From assembly GCA_963777605.1 (NCBI GenBank), contig CAVZRV010000015.1, positions 96,001 to 160,000 of the forward strand: 64,000 bases of DNA. Reading direction: 5' to 3'. Position 1 is the first letter of the stretch. The number at the start of each line of letters is the position of its first letter. Below are positions 38,909 to 49,234 of the stretch, one piece after another. The notes beneath the pieces were generated by a model. It did not search any database. It was not told the origin of the DNA and worked only from the letters and a program-made list of their open reading frames with translations. This DNA is from an uncultured Acidobacteriota bacterium (GTDB lineage Bacteria > Acidobacteriota > UBA6911 > RPQK01 > JAPXNP01). A program made the position numbers and the translations under genes.

Positions 38909-40388
38909 CTATCGTGCCCAGGATTCTTCGATTTCTTCCAGCGTTCGCCCTTTGGTCTCGGGGACGTAGCGCCAGAAGAACCAGGTCCCGCAGAAGCAAA
39001 TCAGAGCGAAAGTCAGAAAATCCCACGTGCATCCCGTACCGGGCAACGTACCAGGGAAACAGGAGAGCACTGACCGAGTTGGTGCCCCAGTTGACCAGTG
39101 TCGCTACGGACATGGCCCGCCCGCGGACCCGGTTCGGGAAAATCTCGGGCGTCAGCACCCAGATCACCGCGCAGATCGAGAGCGCCACGCAGGCCATGTA
39201 GACACACAGGACGAGGGCGATCCACGGGCCCAGCTGCGGACGGCTCAGAACCAGCGCTTGGGTCCCGGAAATGTCAACGAAGTGGGGGTTCCCAAGGAAA
39301 AAGAGGATTCCGGTAACGGCCAGCGAAACCGCGACGAGACTCATTCCCCCAATCAGCAGCGGCCGTCGCCCCAGCCGGTCGATGACGCTGAGCGCCACCA
39401 GCGTGAAGACCAGGTTGACGAGTCCAAACCCTACCTGAAACTGGAAGGCCCCGATCCTCTCGAATCCCGCGTACTGGAGAACAGTCGGCCCGTAGTAAAC
39501 GACGATGTTGACGCCCGTCAACTGCCCGAAGAAGGACAGCGCAACTCCAACCAGGAGCGCCATCCGCAACCCGGGCCGCACCAGTTCGCGAAGTGTCCCG
39601 GCTTCATGGGCAAGCGCCGTCCGGATTTCCTCAATCAATTTGCGCGCTTCGGCGCGACCTCCGACTCGGGCCAGGATAACCTCGGCGGCTCCAAACCGCC
39701 CCTCTTTGGCCAGCCAGCGAGGACTTTCCGGGACCCAGAAGAGGAGGATCAGGAAGAGGCCCGCCGGGATCATTTCCGCCCCGAACATCCCCCGCCAGAC
39801 TTCGGACACCAGCAGCCAGTTGAGGATTCCGCCCCCGAATGCCGCCGGGCTGTTTTGGGCGTGACTCAACAGAAGCCAGTTTGAGGAGTAAGCAGCCAGG
39901 ATCCCGACGACGATCGAGAGTTGATAGAGCCCACCGAGGCGGCCTCTTGACCGGGCGGGAACGAACTCCGAGATGAACATGGGTGCGAGGACCGAAGCCA
40001 TCCCGACTCCCCAGCCTCCAATAATGCGGGCACAGATCAGAATGGTGAAATCAGGTGGTATAGCGGAGAACAGCGCCGACACAAAGAAGAAGAGCGCCGA
40101 AAGCTTAAGAATCGGCCGGCGACCGAACCGGTCACCCAGGTACCCGGCCACGGCTGCGCCGAAGACACAGCCAACCAGGGCAGAACTGCCGAACCACCCG
40201 ACCTGGAGTTTGCTCAGGCCAAACTGCTTCTCGACGAACCCGAATGTCCCCGAGATCACCGCCGTATCGAACCCGAAGAGAAGTCCTCCGAGGGAGGCCA
40301 CAATGCAAATCAGCGCCAGGTAGACGGAACTGCCCATTCCGGTACTCGCCTGATCTTTCTGTCTCCCCGCGCGCGCATTCTCACCCAA
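38909..40388 (-). CDS. Sugar porter family MFS transporter with a +1 frameshift near the 3' end
   Basis: Motifs GGLLFGFDTAVISG, DRFGRR, PESPRWL, GVNIVVYY and EIFPNRVRG. Removing one A from AAAA 39017-39020 restores the last TM helix and PETKGRTLEEI, with a stop at 38909. Confidence 0.85.
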
Positions 40389-40427
40389 TTCGGATTTCTT
40401 TCCCAGCCCGCCCGAAATCTACTCCCG

Positions 40428-42014
40428 TCACTTCGGCTGCCGCTCGTTGGCCCCGATATCGGGTTTACCCTCTTCCGGCACCGGGTTTCCCCAGAAATCC
40501 CGCCCTCCGTTTCCATCAATCTGGATACCGGCGTCAATGCAGGGAGAAGCGGCCTGCAATTGGTAGCCGTTGAGTGAGTCGAAACCCGTACCGCCGGAAC
40601 CCGGGTCAACCAGGAGAGGATCTTTCCGATAGGCTCGAGCATCGGGAGGCAAAGCCTCCTGTTTCCCGAAATAGACATTGTTCTCGAACCGGTTGTTCAG
40701 GCTGAGGCCGAATCCATCCTCAGTTTTGAAGAGTCCGTCTTCAATCCGGGCAGTTGCATGTCGATAGCGGGCTGTCCCTTCCGAGTAAACGATATTGTTC
40801 TCGAAGGAGACTCCTTGAGACCAACCGTCCCAGTCGGAGAAGAGAAGCACGTCCACCATCTGATCCTTGCTCACGTAAAAGACGTTGTTGTAAATTTGCG
40901 CGTCTTCTATCGTTCCGGCAATGTGAAAGGTCCGGACCTGGTCGCCCTGGCTGATGTTGTAGCGAACGATGGTTCCGGTATTCGGAACCATCCGTGGCAG
41001 CTTCCAGTTTCCGCTCGAACAAATCAGCATGAATCCACCTTCGTTGTCGTGACTGTAGTTGTACTGGAAGATCGTGTTCATGCAGTTCCCGTCGGAATCA
41101 AACGCCTGGCCGTCCTTGGTGCCTTTCACGCCGCTGACCTCGTTGAACTGGATCAACGTGTTGTCACTGCTCCAGGGCCAGATCCCCGCCGCATAGTCGT
41201 CACAGCGAGTACGCCCTCCCTCGAGCCGATTGTGTTCGACGACAGCACCGTCGCAGCCCCAGACCTTGATCCCGTCGCCCCCAATGTCCTGCAGGAGGTT
41301 CTCCCGGATAACGACGTTGAGGCTGGGGAACCAGGACTCGCGGTCGGAGTTCTCACTGTAGCCGCTGATGCCGTTGCGATCGGTTCGGAGCAGGTGACAT
41401 TTCTCAATCCGCAGACCATCAAACCGGCTGGGAATCCTCTTGCCGCCGTTCTCCCAGAGGATTCCGTGTCCCTCACCCCGGTCCTCCTTGATCAGAGATC
41501 CGTTGACATCGTGCACGAACAGGTCCTTCAGGTAGATGTGGTGCACGATCCCAAAGTCCCAGGCTGCGACTCTGACACCGTATCGAAAGGGAACCCGTTC
41601 CCTGCCCTCGTTCGTCAACTCCAGGCCGCTGACTTCCCAGTATTCCTGGTTATTCAGAAGCAACGCTTCCCCATAGCGCCCTTCAGCATCGATGCGTGGA
41701 CGCGGGCCGTCGCCGTAGACACCCACGACAACCGGCGCAGACTCGCTACCCGAACCCTTTGGCGCAAGCCGGCCGGAATATCGGCTTCCTGCCTTGAAAA
41801 GGATCTTGTCACCCGACGCGAATGCGGTCTCATTGACCGGATCAAGAGTCTTCCATGCCAGATCGGAGGACCGGCCCGAGTTGCCGTCGTCGCCCGAGAG
41901 CGAGTCCACGTAGTAGAGCGTATTTCCCGGAGATTGCGAGACCGAACCCGGTCCCAGGCAGGCCGCCGCCAGGGCCACGACCACTATCAACACGCCTCGA
42001 AGGATCACTTTCAT
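40428..42014 (-). CDS. Right-handed parallel beta-helix lipoprotein (glycoside hydrolase/lyase-like)
   Basis: Lipobox-like LAAAC; YYVDS..GDD.NSG, GDKILFK, DGQAFDSD and QYNYSHDN.GG repeats; AAGGAG RBS. Confidence 0.75.
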   Translation of the reverse strand: MKVILRGVLIVVVALAAACLGPGSVSQSPGNTLYYVDSLSGDDGNSGRSSDLAWKTLDPVNETAFASGDKILFKAGSRYSGRLAPKGSGSESAPVVVGVYGDGPRPRIDAEGRYGEALLLNNQEYWEVSGLELTNEGRERVPFRYGVRVAAWDFGIVHHIYLKDLFVHDVNGSLIKEDRGEGHGILWENGGKRIPSRFDGLRIEKCHLLRTDRNGISGYSENSDRESWFPSLNVVIRENLLQDIGGDGIKVWGCDGAVVEHNRLEGGRTRCDDYAAGIWPWSSDNTLIQFNEVSGVKGTKDGQAFDSDGNCMNTIFQYNYSHDNEGGFMLICSSGNWKLPRMVPNTGTIVRYNISQGDQVRTFHIAGTIEDAQIYNNVFYVSKDQMVDVLLFSDWDGWSQGVSFENNIVYSEGTARYRHATARIEDGLFKTEDGFGLSLNNRFENNVYFGKQEALPPDARAYRKDPLLVDPGSGGTGFDSLNGYQLQAASPCIDAGIQIDGNGGRDFWGNPVPEEGKPDIGANERQPK

Positions 42015-42345
42015 GGTTAACTCCTTCCCCATCTGAACCGTGCACACTGAAATCCGGGCGGTCCGACATCGTCGCATGCACATCGCCCCGCCATCCCGGA
42101 ATCGCCTCTCAGGAACCTCGTGACATTCTGATGCCAAGGCCGGGGCGGGTCAATCCTGCCTCGGCAAGAACCGACAAAACTGCCACACCGAGGCGTTCCT
42201 CAAGTCAGCTTCCAAGGCCCAAAAGTACGTGTTCAGTGGGTTTCAGCGCTCAGGAAACTCTGGAACGCCTCGTGCTTTCCTGACTATTGAAAATAACGGG
42301 AGGACCTGCAGCAGGCTACCTCCCATGCATCTTAGGAGAAAAACA

Positions 42346-42753
42346 ATGCGACTTAAGACATTTCTGGCAGTTTTGGTATTCATGGCGTTTTCGATCGTTC
42401 CGGCATTTGCGAGTTCCACCACGGTCATCAACGTCAAGGTGCCTTTTGCGTTCGAGGTCGACAACACCGTGTTGCCCGCCGCAAATTACCAACTCAGGCG
42501 GGTTCATATGGAAACCGATAACATCTGGATGATCAGGAGCAAGGACGGGCGCTACTCGGCCGAATTCGTGACCAACCCGGAAGATACTCCGAATCCGGTG
42601 GACCGGTCCACGCTGGAGTTCGAGAAAGTCGGAGACAGCTACTACCTCTCGAACATCTGGGTCAAGGGCAACGAGATGAATTGGTGGGTTCCACAGAGCC
42701 CGAACCGCGGTCCCTCCGTCGGCAAAGTGTCCGTGGGTGCTGACAATTCCTGA
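42346..42753 (+). CDS. Small secreted beta-rich hypothetical protein
   Basis: AGGAG RBS, signal peptide ending PAFA, and a VPFAFEV..TVLPA.NY...LEFEKVGDSYYLS.IW pattern I associate with Acidobacteria. Confidence 0.7.
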   Translation: MRLKTFLAVLVFMAFSIVPAFASSTTVINVKVPFAFEVDNTVLPAANYQLRRVHMETDNIWMIRSKDGRYSAEFVTNPEDTPNPVDRSTLEFEKVGDSYYLSNIWVKGNEMNWWVPQSPNRGPSVGKVSVGADNS

Positions 42754-42834
42754 GCGGCAACAGGCTCACCCCGGGGACGCTTGAGGGACTCGAGTCTTAG
42801 CGAAGCCTGCGCCCCGAAATCTCCGAGAGGTCAG

Positions 42835-44169
42835 TCACGGCTCCATCCCGAGTGTGGAGGGCGGCACCACCGAATCAGCCATCGAGAGTTCCCTGAAGTT
42901 CCGGAATCGGTGGAAGGTCAGGAAGTTCGCGTCGTGCTGGTTGTGAGCGCCACCCTCCCCGTCGTCGAAGGCTGTCCGGCTCAGCGCGATCAGGTCATTT
43001 CCTTCGAACAGCCAGTCCAGGTACTGAAACCCATGATGCTCACGGTCGGGATAGTAGAGGGGGATGCTGCGAACTTCCCAGTTGCGAAGATCTGGAGAGG
43101 AAACCAATGCGACGGTATTTCGCGTCCGTTCCGGGTTGTCGTTGACCTCGGAAGGCGGGACGAAGTTGGTGAGAGACCAGTAAAGGCCGCTATCAGAGTC
43201 GAAACGGATAGTGAACTTCTTGCACCCTCCCGGGAACGCAATGAATCCCGAGTCGGGATCGAACGAGGCCGTCGTCCCGTCCGCGCTGATCTGGATCAGG
43301 GCCGCTTTTCCACCTTCCGGACGATAATCGACTCGAAGGAAATCGACGACCCCGCCACCGGGAGCCACCACGGCATTCCCCTCCAGCCATCCACCAAAAC
43401 GCCCGGACAACCATTCGGGATTCCTGCCGATGCGATTGCTCAAGGTCCAGTTCTCCGCCCGCAGGAGGTCCGCGTCTTCGGGAATCGACATCATGAACGC
43501 GCGGAAGTGACTGCCCCAGCCATCCGGCCCCATGGCATCCTCCATGGCACGCCAGAGGCGGCCCTCGTGAAATACCACGGGAACCGGAGCACAGTGATAG
43601 GACCCGTCCGACCGCAGCAATCCCGACTGCTCGTCAACCGGTTTAGTCCAGGTTTGGCCGTTGTCACTCGAGCGGAGAATCACCGCATACCCGTTTTGCC
43701 GTGTGGTCCCCATCAGGTAGACATCTCCCCGGTGGACGAACACGCTGGCCCAGAAGAGCCCCTTCACGTCCGCCTCCCGGGCCCAGTTCCGGCCCTTATC
43801 CCGGGAGCGAAACATCCGGGTCACCGCCGACTCGTCCTGCGTCGAACCCGGGCCGAACTCGTCACACTTGGCCAGGTAGTCACCGTTGGGAAGAATCGCA
43901 ATTCCCGGGGAACCCAGGTAGATGCCCGTCGAGGCGGGGCTGTGTTCCACGACTACGCCTGAGACCTCGACCGGTGTCTCGGTCGCCAGTGGACCCGTCC
44001 CGGACTCCGTTCCGGTCTCGCCACAGGAAATCGTCAGCGCCAACAGAGACAGCCCCAGAAAACAGCGCACCAGGCGGAGAAAAAAGCCCACACGGTACTT
44101 CCGGTCCGTGTGGGCCGAGACCGGGAAAGGAGTAAACGCGGAAACGATCGAGAGTAAGTTCCAATCCAT
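42835..44169 (-). CDS. BNR/Asp-box beta-propeller exo-sialidase-like protein, possibly a lipoprotein (start may be GTG 44091)
   Basis: Asp boxes SRDKGRNW, SSDNGQTW and SPDLRNW; YLGSPGI; LLALTISC lipobox-like. Confidence 0.75.
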   Translation of the reverse strand: MDWNLLSIVSAFTPFPVSAHTDRKYRVGFFLRLVRCFLGLSLLALTISCGETGTESGTGPLATETPVEVSGVVVEHSPASTGIYLGSPGIAILPNGDYLAKCDEFGPGSTQDESAVTRMFRSRDKGRNWAREADVKGLFWASVFVHRGDVYLMGTTRQNGYAVILRSSDNGQTWTKPVDEQSGLLRSDGSYHCAPVPVVFHEGRLWRAMEDAMGPDGWGSHFRAFMMSIPEDADLLRAENWTLSNRIGRNPEWLSGRFGGWLEGNAVVAPGGGVVDFLRVDYRPEGGKAALIQISADGTTASFDPDSGFIAFPGGCKKFTIRFDSDSGLYWSLTNFVPPSEVNDNPERTRNTVALVSSPDLRNWEVRSIPLYYPDREHHGFQYLDWLFEGNDLIALSRTAFDDGEGGAHNQHDANFLTFHRFRNFRELSMADSVVPPSTLGMEP

Positions 44170-44337
44170 CAGGGATGCACTCTAATCCAAAGGTGTCGCG
44201 GTTTCCAGCAGTAACTCCGGGCCGCCAGAACCCTCACTCCGTGCGGAAGTTCATCTCTTCGAACCAGTTCATCACGACCTTGATCCTGGAAGGAAAGAAG
44301 CGCCGGAAGGAGCATGACCGGGAGCCGTGCCTCGGAT

Positions 44338-45573
44338 TCAAGCCCGGGCAGAGCCGTCTTCCTCCCGCAGGAAGCGAAGCACCTGTTCGAGGGATTCTGC
44401 CTGTCCAAATCCGCCGGCTTTGGTCACGACCGGCAAAGAGGGGCAGAGTCCTCCCCTCAATTCCCCACAAGGGATTCCGGGAAGGACTTCACCCAGGACC
44501 CGGATTGCCACGACCCCGAGTGCCCCGCAGACCGCCCGGGCCGTGTCGCCACCCGTCATTACCAGCCCTCCCAGGGGAATTCCCGGAACGATGCGACGGA
44601 CCAACTCCCCCAGGAAGAGGACTACGTCGGGACAGTTGGGAGCCTCGTCACCCCCCCCTCCGGCCGAAAAAACCACATCGTTCCCCTCAAGCAGGAGTTT
44701 GCGCGCCCGTTCCTCAAGGTCTCGCATGCCCAGGGTCATCTCATCGGGCCCGGGCACCTGAAAAACGACACTCCCGCCCTCGCCCAGGCGCTGAACCTGG
44801 GCCCGGGTCTGAGGATGACGGCTCCCAGCAACAACGAGCACCGGGCCGCTTCGATGCTCCGGCCTCGTCGGGCTCCCGGACTGCCGGCTCTGAACGCCCA
44901 CATCGACGAGCGCCGCCATGAGTCCCGCGGACCCACAGAAGAGTCGAAGACCGGCGGAAAGGCCCCACACGGCCAGGCGTCGAAGATCGGCATCGGTTTC
45001 GGCATCCGCAATCACGAGAACGGAAGACGGCCCCGCGAGAGCCCCCTCCAGTCCAGCCTCGAGGGAGCGCACCCGGCCAAGGTCAACGGTCAACACCGCT
45101 TCAGAGATGTGCCCGCAGAGCCGCCTGAGATCACATTCTCCAGCGTCCTTTGCAAACCCGGTCCGATCCAGACGGACCCCGTAAACGTACTGGCAGCCAC
45201 CAACGGTCGTTCGTCCCTGCGCCGGAAAAGCGGGTGCGATCAGAGCGCTGTCCAGTCCCGACGATTCCATAAGAGCCGACAACTCCGATCCCGGATGGCC
45301 TCTCAACGTCGAGTCTATCTTCTTGTACACAATCCGGGAACCGGGGAGGATCCCGGAATTCTGCAAACCGGACACAAGCTCGCGGACCCGTCCGGTTGCG
45401 GAGTCTCGGTCCAGATCGCGGCTGTCGGTCGTCAGAACCAGGCAGTCCACGGCTTCAGAGGAGAGCCACTCGAACGGAATCAGCACTCGCAAGCCCTTCG
45501 CAGCCACAGCGGCCGCCGCGTCCGCGGCACCGGTCAGGTCATCGGCAATGATCAGGATCTCGGGACTTTTCAT
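44338..45573 (-). CDS. Four-carbon acid sugar kinase (DUF1537/YgbK, DtnK/DenK-like)
   Basis: Motifs IADDLTGAAD, YKKIDSTLRG, PAFPAQGR, GSAGL, TGGDTA and TKAGGFG; ATGA overlap with the larA-like stop. Confidence 0.88.
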   Translation of the reverse strand: MKSPEILIIADDLTGAADAAAAVAAKGLRVLIPFEWLSSEAVDCLVLTTDSRDLDRDSATGRVRELVSGLQNSGILPGSRIVYKKIDSTLRGHPGSELSALMESSGLDSALIAPAFPAQGRTTVGGCQYVYGVRLDRTGFAKDAGECDLRRLCGHISEAVLTVDLGRVRSLEAGLEGALAGPSSVLVIADAETDADLRRLAVWGLSAGLRLFCGSAGLMAALVDVGVQSRQSGSPTRPEHRSGPVLVVAGSRHPQTRAQVQRLGEGGSVVFQVPGPDEMTLGMRDLEERARKLLLEGNDVVFSAGGGGDEAPNCPDVVLFLGELVRRIVPGIPLGGLVMTGGDTARAVCGALGVVAIRVLGEVLPGIPCGELRGGLCPSLPVVTKAGGFGQAESLEQVLRFLREEDGSARA

Positions 45574-46856
45574 GTTCCGACGATCGGCAGTGTGTCCGGG
45601 GCATGGGTCAAAGCCAGCACCGTCGCCCCCAATCCCTGCCTCCTTGATGCTTCTCCGAGCGCATCCTGCAGGCAACTGAAGGGACGGAACCCAAGAGCCC
45701 TTGCATCCTCTTTGCTGATCCCGGGGCTCACCAGAGAGACTGCGGCGTGCTCGCGAACCCGGGCCCACGCCAGCGCCAGGGCGCCGGAAACTCGGTCCGC
45801 GATTTTACCCCGTTCAACCAGGTCGAGGATCTCGGCGGATGGTTTCGAGGTGTAGTTCAACATCTCGCAATGGGTCTGGCTTACCCCCTCCGGACAGGGA
45901 GTCACCAAAATGATTGTCCCACCGGCGCGAACCGTCATGTCGGCGGGGTAAAGAGACTTGTGAGCCTGCCAGAATTCAATGTCACAGGGGCAGGATCCCG
46001 CGACGACTATGTCGGCGCGGCGCGGGACCCGGGCTCCGTAGATCCGGCGGGCGAACGCAGCACCCTCCCGGAATGCCTGTCGGGGGTCTCCGTAGAACGC
46101 TCTTACCAGTTCCCCGGAAGCGTTCAGCACGCAGTTCAGAACCGCCGAAAGCCCGACCCGCTCGGCGATCTCCTCCATTTCCGCCCGAACCGGGTTCTCC
46201 AACTGCCCAAGGTAGGAGGATTCAGCACGGGTACTCAGGAGGTGAGTTGCCCCGGTGGTTTCGGCCCCGGTGATTCCCGGCTGAATGATCTTGCCTCCAC
46301 CGGAAAAGCCCGGAATGTGGTGAGGAACAATGCTGCCGATTCCGATTACCACGTCCGCCTCAAGGGCGCGGCCGCAAACGCTGACCGGGGTACCGTTCGA
46401 GGAGTCGCCCAGGCCGACCAGTTCCCCCTCCTCCTGCCACGGATGGTTGTAGACCGGCACGCGGCGGAGGACTTCAGCGCCAAACCTGGTTTCAATCTCG
46501 CTCGAAGTCATGCGACGGTGAGTTCCCAGGGCAATCAGGACTTCGACCTGGTTGTCGCCGACGCCGGCCCGGTTGAGTTCTTCCAACAATTCCAGGCAAA
46601 TCCGATCGACCGGGGTGAGCCGGGTCATGTCGTCGGCGACGAGCAGGACGTTCCGGCGATTCCGAACCAGGTCATGCAGGTGAGACTGGGCAATCGGCTG
46701 ATCGAGGGCCCGCCTCAACTCGGCCCCAACGTCGGAGCAGGGACCCGTCGGTTGCGGAGAAAATTGACCGATCAGGTGACGCTCCTCGACAGATGCCCGG
46801 ATGGTTCCGTCGCCGAAGGGAAGAACGAGTTCAGTCATCTCCGAACGGGGAGCCAT
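45570..46856 (-). CDS. LarA-family nickel-pincer (NPN)-dependent 2-hydroxyacid racemase/epimerase
   Basis: Motifs DMTRLTP, ALGTHR, GTPV, PHHIPGFSGGGK and FWQAHKS correspond to conserved LarA motifs. Confidence 0.88.
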   Translation of the reverse strand: MAPRSEMTELVLPFGDGTIRASVEERHLIGQFSPQPTGPCSDVGAELRRALDQPIAQSHLHDLVRNRRNVLLVADDMTRLTPVDRICLELLEELNRAGVGDNQVEVLIALGTHRRMTSSEIETRFGAEVLRRVPVYNHPWQEEGELVGLGDSSNGTPVSVCGRALEADVVIGIGSIVPHHIPGFSGGGKIIQPGITGAETTGATHLLSTRAESSYLGQLENPVRAEMEEIAERVGLSAVLNCVLNASGELVRAFYGDPRQAFREGAAFARRIYGARVPRRADIVVAGSCPCDIEFWQAHKSLYPADMTVRAGGTIILVTPCPEGVSQTHCEMLNYTSKPSAEILDLVERGKIADRVSGALALAWARVREHAAVSLVSPGISKEDARALGFRPFSCLQDALGEASRRQGLGATVLALTHAPDTLPIVGT

Positions 46857-47846
46857 CTAGTCATTCCGGGTGAAGCGAACCGCCAATTGAATCGCCTGGA
46901 CCAGGCTGTCCGGTCTCGCCTTCCCGGTACCTGCGATGTCGAAGGCGGTGCCGTGGTCAACCGAAGTTCGGACGATCGGAATCCCCAGGGTCACGTTGAC
47001 CGACTCGTCCATCGCCACCAGCTTCATCGGTCCGTGCCCCTGGTCGTGATACATGGCGATGACCATCTCGAAGTCCCCGCCTCTCATCCGGTTGAAAATG
47101 GTATCTGCCGGATAAGGTCCCGAACATTGCAGGCCCTCCTGCAGAGCCGACTCGATCGCCGGAACAATCTCGTCGATTTCCTCGTTTCCAAAAGCACCCC
47201 CCTCGCCGGCATGCGGGTTCAGGCCGCAGACAGCGATCCGGCCCTTCTCAATCCCCAACCGCTCCAGCGCCTGGGCCGCAATCTGAAGGGTGGTCAGAAT
47301 CCGCTCCATGTGGGCCAACTGAATCGCCTCCCGAAGGGAACAATGAGTCGAGTTGTGAACGACCCTCATGTTGTGCGAGAAGAGGCCCATCCGGTAGTTC
47401 CGAGTGCCGGTGGTCTCGGCAAGCAACTCGGTGTGGCCGGCATACCCGTAACCCGCCCGGTGGATGGCCTCCTTGTTGAGCGGCCCCGTCACAATCGCGT
47501 CCACCGAACTCTCGACCGCCAGCCGTGCCGCCGTGCGGACCCACTCCACGGCACAGCGTCCGGCTTCCGGATCGAGCACCCCCGGACGACGAACCGGCGC
47601 CTTCCAGCCACCGTCGAGGACCGGGACTTGATTTTCATCCACCCGCAAAGCGTCCTCGATGCTGCCAACGGGACAGGGATCGGGAGTCCCCTCAGCAAAC
47701 CGGCGACAGCTGCTGTAGGCGTCGAGGTCGCCGAAAACGACCATCCGGGTAGACCGACGCAGGTCTTTCATCGCCAGTACCTTGGCGAAAATCTCCGGCC
47801 CGACGCCGTTGACGTCACCCATGGTGAGTGCAATCAGTGGTTTCAC
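46857..47846 (-). CDS. pdxA2: PdxA2-type 4-phosphotetronate dehydrogenase (PdxA family)
   Basis: Motifs GD.NGVGPE, GHTELLA, NPHAGE, MYHDQG and RTSVDHGTAFDIAG; AAGGAG before GTG 47846; next to a DUF1537 kinase. Confidence 0.88.
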   Translation of the reverse strand: MKPLIALTMGDVNGVGPEIFAKVLAMKDLRRSTRMVVFGDLDAYSSCRRFAEGTPDPCPVGSIEDALRVDENQVPVLDGGWKAPVRRPGVLDPEAGRCAVEWVRTAARLAVESSVDAIVTGPLNKEAIHRAGYGYAGHTELLAETTGTRNYRMGLFSHNMRVVHNSTHCSLREAIQLAHMERILTTLQIAAQALERLGIEKGRIAVCGLNPHAGEGGAFGNEEIDEIVPAIESALQEGLQCSGPYPADTIFNRMRGGDFEMVIAMYHDQGHGPMKLVAMDESVNVTLGIPIVRTSVDHGTAFDIAGTGKARPDSLVQAIQLAVRFTRND

Positions 47847-47906
47847 GCTACATCGCTCCTTGTACCCGCTGGCCTCCCGCGAGGCGGTCCCTGAGAAAGA
47901 GTCCAC

Positions 47907-47929
47907 TGTCCTGACAGGACACTAGTATA
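47907..47929 (-). promoter_or_regulatory. Putative -10 box (TATACT) and palindromic operator upstream of pdxA2
   Basis: Palindrome TGTCCTG-A-CAGGACA at 47907-47921, just downstream of a minus-strand TATACT (47924-47929). Confidence 0.45.
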
Positions 47930-48112
47930 GCGGGAACCGCCGCGAAAGCGCCGGCTTGAGTCCCAACACCGGAGGGCGGCAGGACGACCTTCCCAGGTTG
48001 TCCTGTGGGCATGGCTCCTTCGCGCACTGCAGTGCAAATTGGCACTGCCTCGGGAACAGGTCGGAATTGGCCAAAGCAGGCGGCTTCGATCACGAGACAC
48101 CCTCGGGGACGC

Positions 48113-49075
48113 TTATCCTACGCTGGGGCGCCTTCGGCGGCGTGCGATGAGAGAGGTGAGCAGTGGGGTCAGCAGCGCGGTAGTCACCGTAGAGGCGGCG
48201 ACCTGGGGAGTCGCGGCGGCAGCAAGCGATCGCAGTGAAGGGTCTACCAGGGCCACCGCTTCGGGCGTGGCAACCGCGTTACCCGCTGTACTCGAGGCAG
48301 CCGCCCCGGCGACTCCACTACCGCCGGAAGCCCGGTCGGCCAGGATGTTAAAGATCCCGCCGATCACGGTCGTCATGAATCCGAGCAGAACACCCGGGAA
48401 CCCGGCTTCGAGGAGGTTCATGAAGTCAATCCCGGCCCCCAGGGCAAAAGCAAAGAAGGGAATCAACACCGGGCCACCTTTCTGCAGCATTTCCCGCATT
48501 CGCGGATCCAGGTTCCCGAGCACCATCCCGATCACAATGGGAGCGATCACCGCTACAAGACCCATCAACGGAATTTTCGCCATTCCTGCCGCGCCCAGCG
48601 CAACCATGGTCAGAAAGGGGCCATCGTTAATTGAGATCACGGCAATGGCCCCAACCTCGGATTCGTCCCCGAACTCGCCGGCCAGGGCGGCATAGAGACC
48701 ACCGTTGGTATTGGTCATGGCGGCGATTACGGCGAGCGAAGACAACCCCCAAAGCCCCTTGTCCCCAAACAGGAATGCGACCGCAAGTCCGAGCCCGACT
48801 CCGACCAGGAACTTCGTTGCCGTAACAACCAACCCCGTCTTCAGGGCGCGGGGGGCGGTGCGGAAAGTAATACCCGCTCCCATGCAGAGCAGGAACGCCC
48901 CGATAAGGGCGGGGGCGCCCCGGGCCAGCGCGGTCGTAAAACCCCCGATGGCCAGCAACTGGGGAACGAACGTGTTGATCGCAGCCCCTGCGAGCAGGGG
49001 AACCACCATCATCCCTCCGGGAACAGCCTCGATGGAGTCCTTGATTCTAATAGCCTTAACCACCCATTTCTTCAA
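48113..49075 (-). CDS. kdgT: KdgT family 2-keto-3-deoxygluconate/sugar-acid permease
   Basis: Motifs [37 protein letters not shown] and [10 protein letters not shown]. Confidence 0.9.
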   Translation of the reverse strand: MKKWVVKAIRIKDSIEAVPGGMMVVPLLAGAAINTFVPQLLAIGGFTTALARGAPALIGAFLLCMGAGITFRTAPRALKTGLVVTATKFLVGVGLGLAVAFLFGDKGLWGLSSLAVIAAMTNTNGGLYAALAGEFGDESEVGAIAVISINDGPFLTMVALGAAGMAKIPLMGLVAVIAPIVIGMVLGNLDPRMREMLQKGGPVLIPFFAFALGAGIDFMNLLEAGFPGVLLGFMTTVIGGIFNILADRASGGSGVAGAAASSTAGNAVATPEAVALVDPSLRSLAAAATPQVAASTVTTALLTPLLTSLIARRRRRPSVG

Positions 49076-49234
49076 AAAGTTGCAGCGAAGAGATTAGCAT
49101 GGCGGACTGCCAGGCAGGCCCAGTCGGCGGATCATCTCCTCCGCGCACCTGAGTTTGACTAGTCGGACCTGTCAGACCTGTCAGACAAACTCATCCGGTC
49201 CCTTTGCCAAGTGGGGCTGAAAGGCTTTAAGGTT

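Noticed and set aside
46857-47846. pdxA as a vitamin B6 biosynthesis gene
   Set aside because: Its context with a DUF1537 kinase and sugar-acid permeases matches catabolic PdxA2; there is no surA/rsmA/pdxJ context.
45747-47894. 715-aa plus-strand ORF, and similar long ORFs at 14323-15738, 40758-42020, 51197-52624 and 58394-59656
   Set aside because: They lie antisense to well-supported genes and have no recognisable motifs. Long shadow ORFs are expected in GC-rich DNA with biased codon usage.
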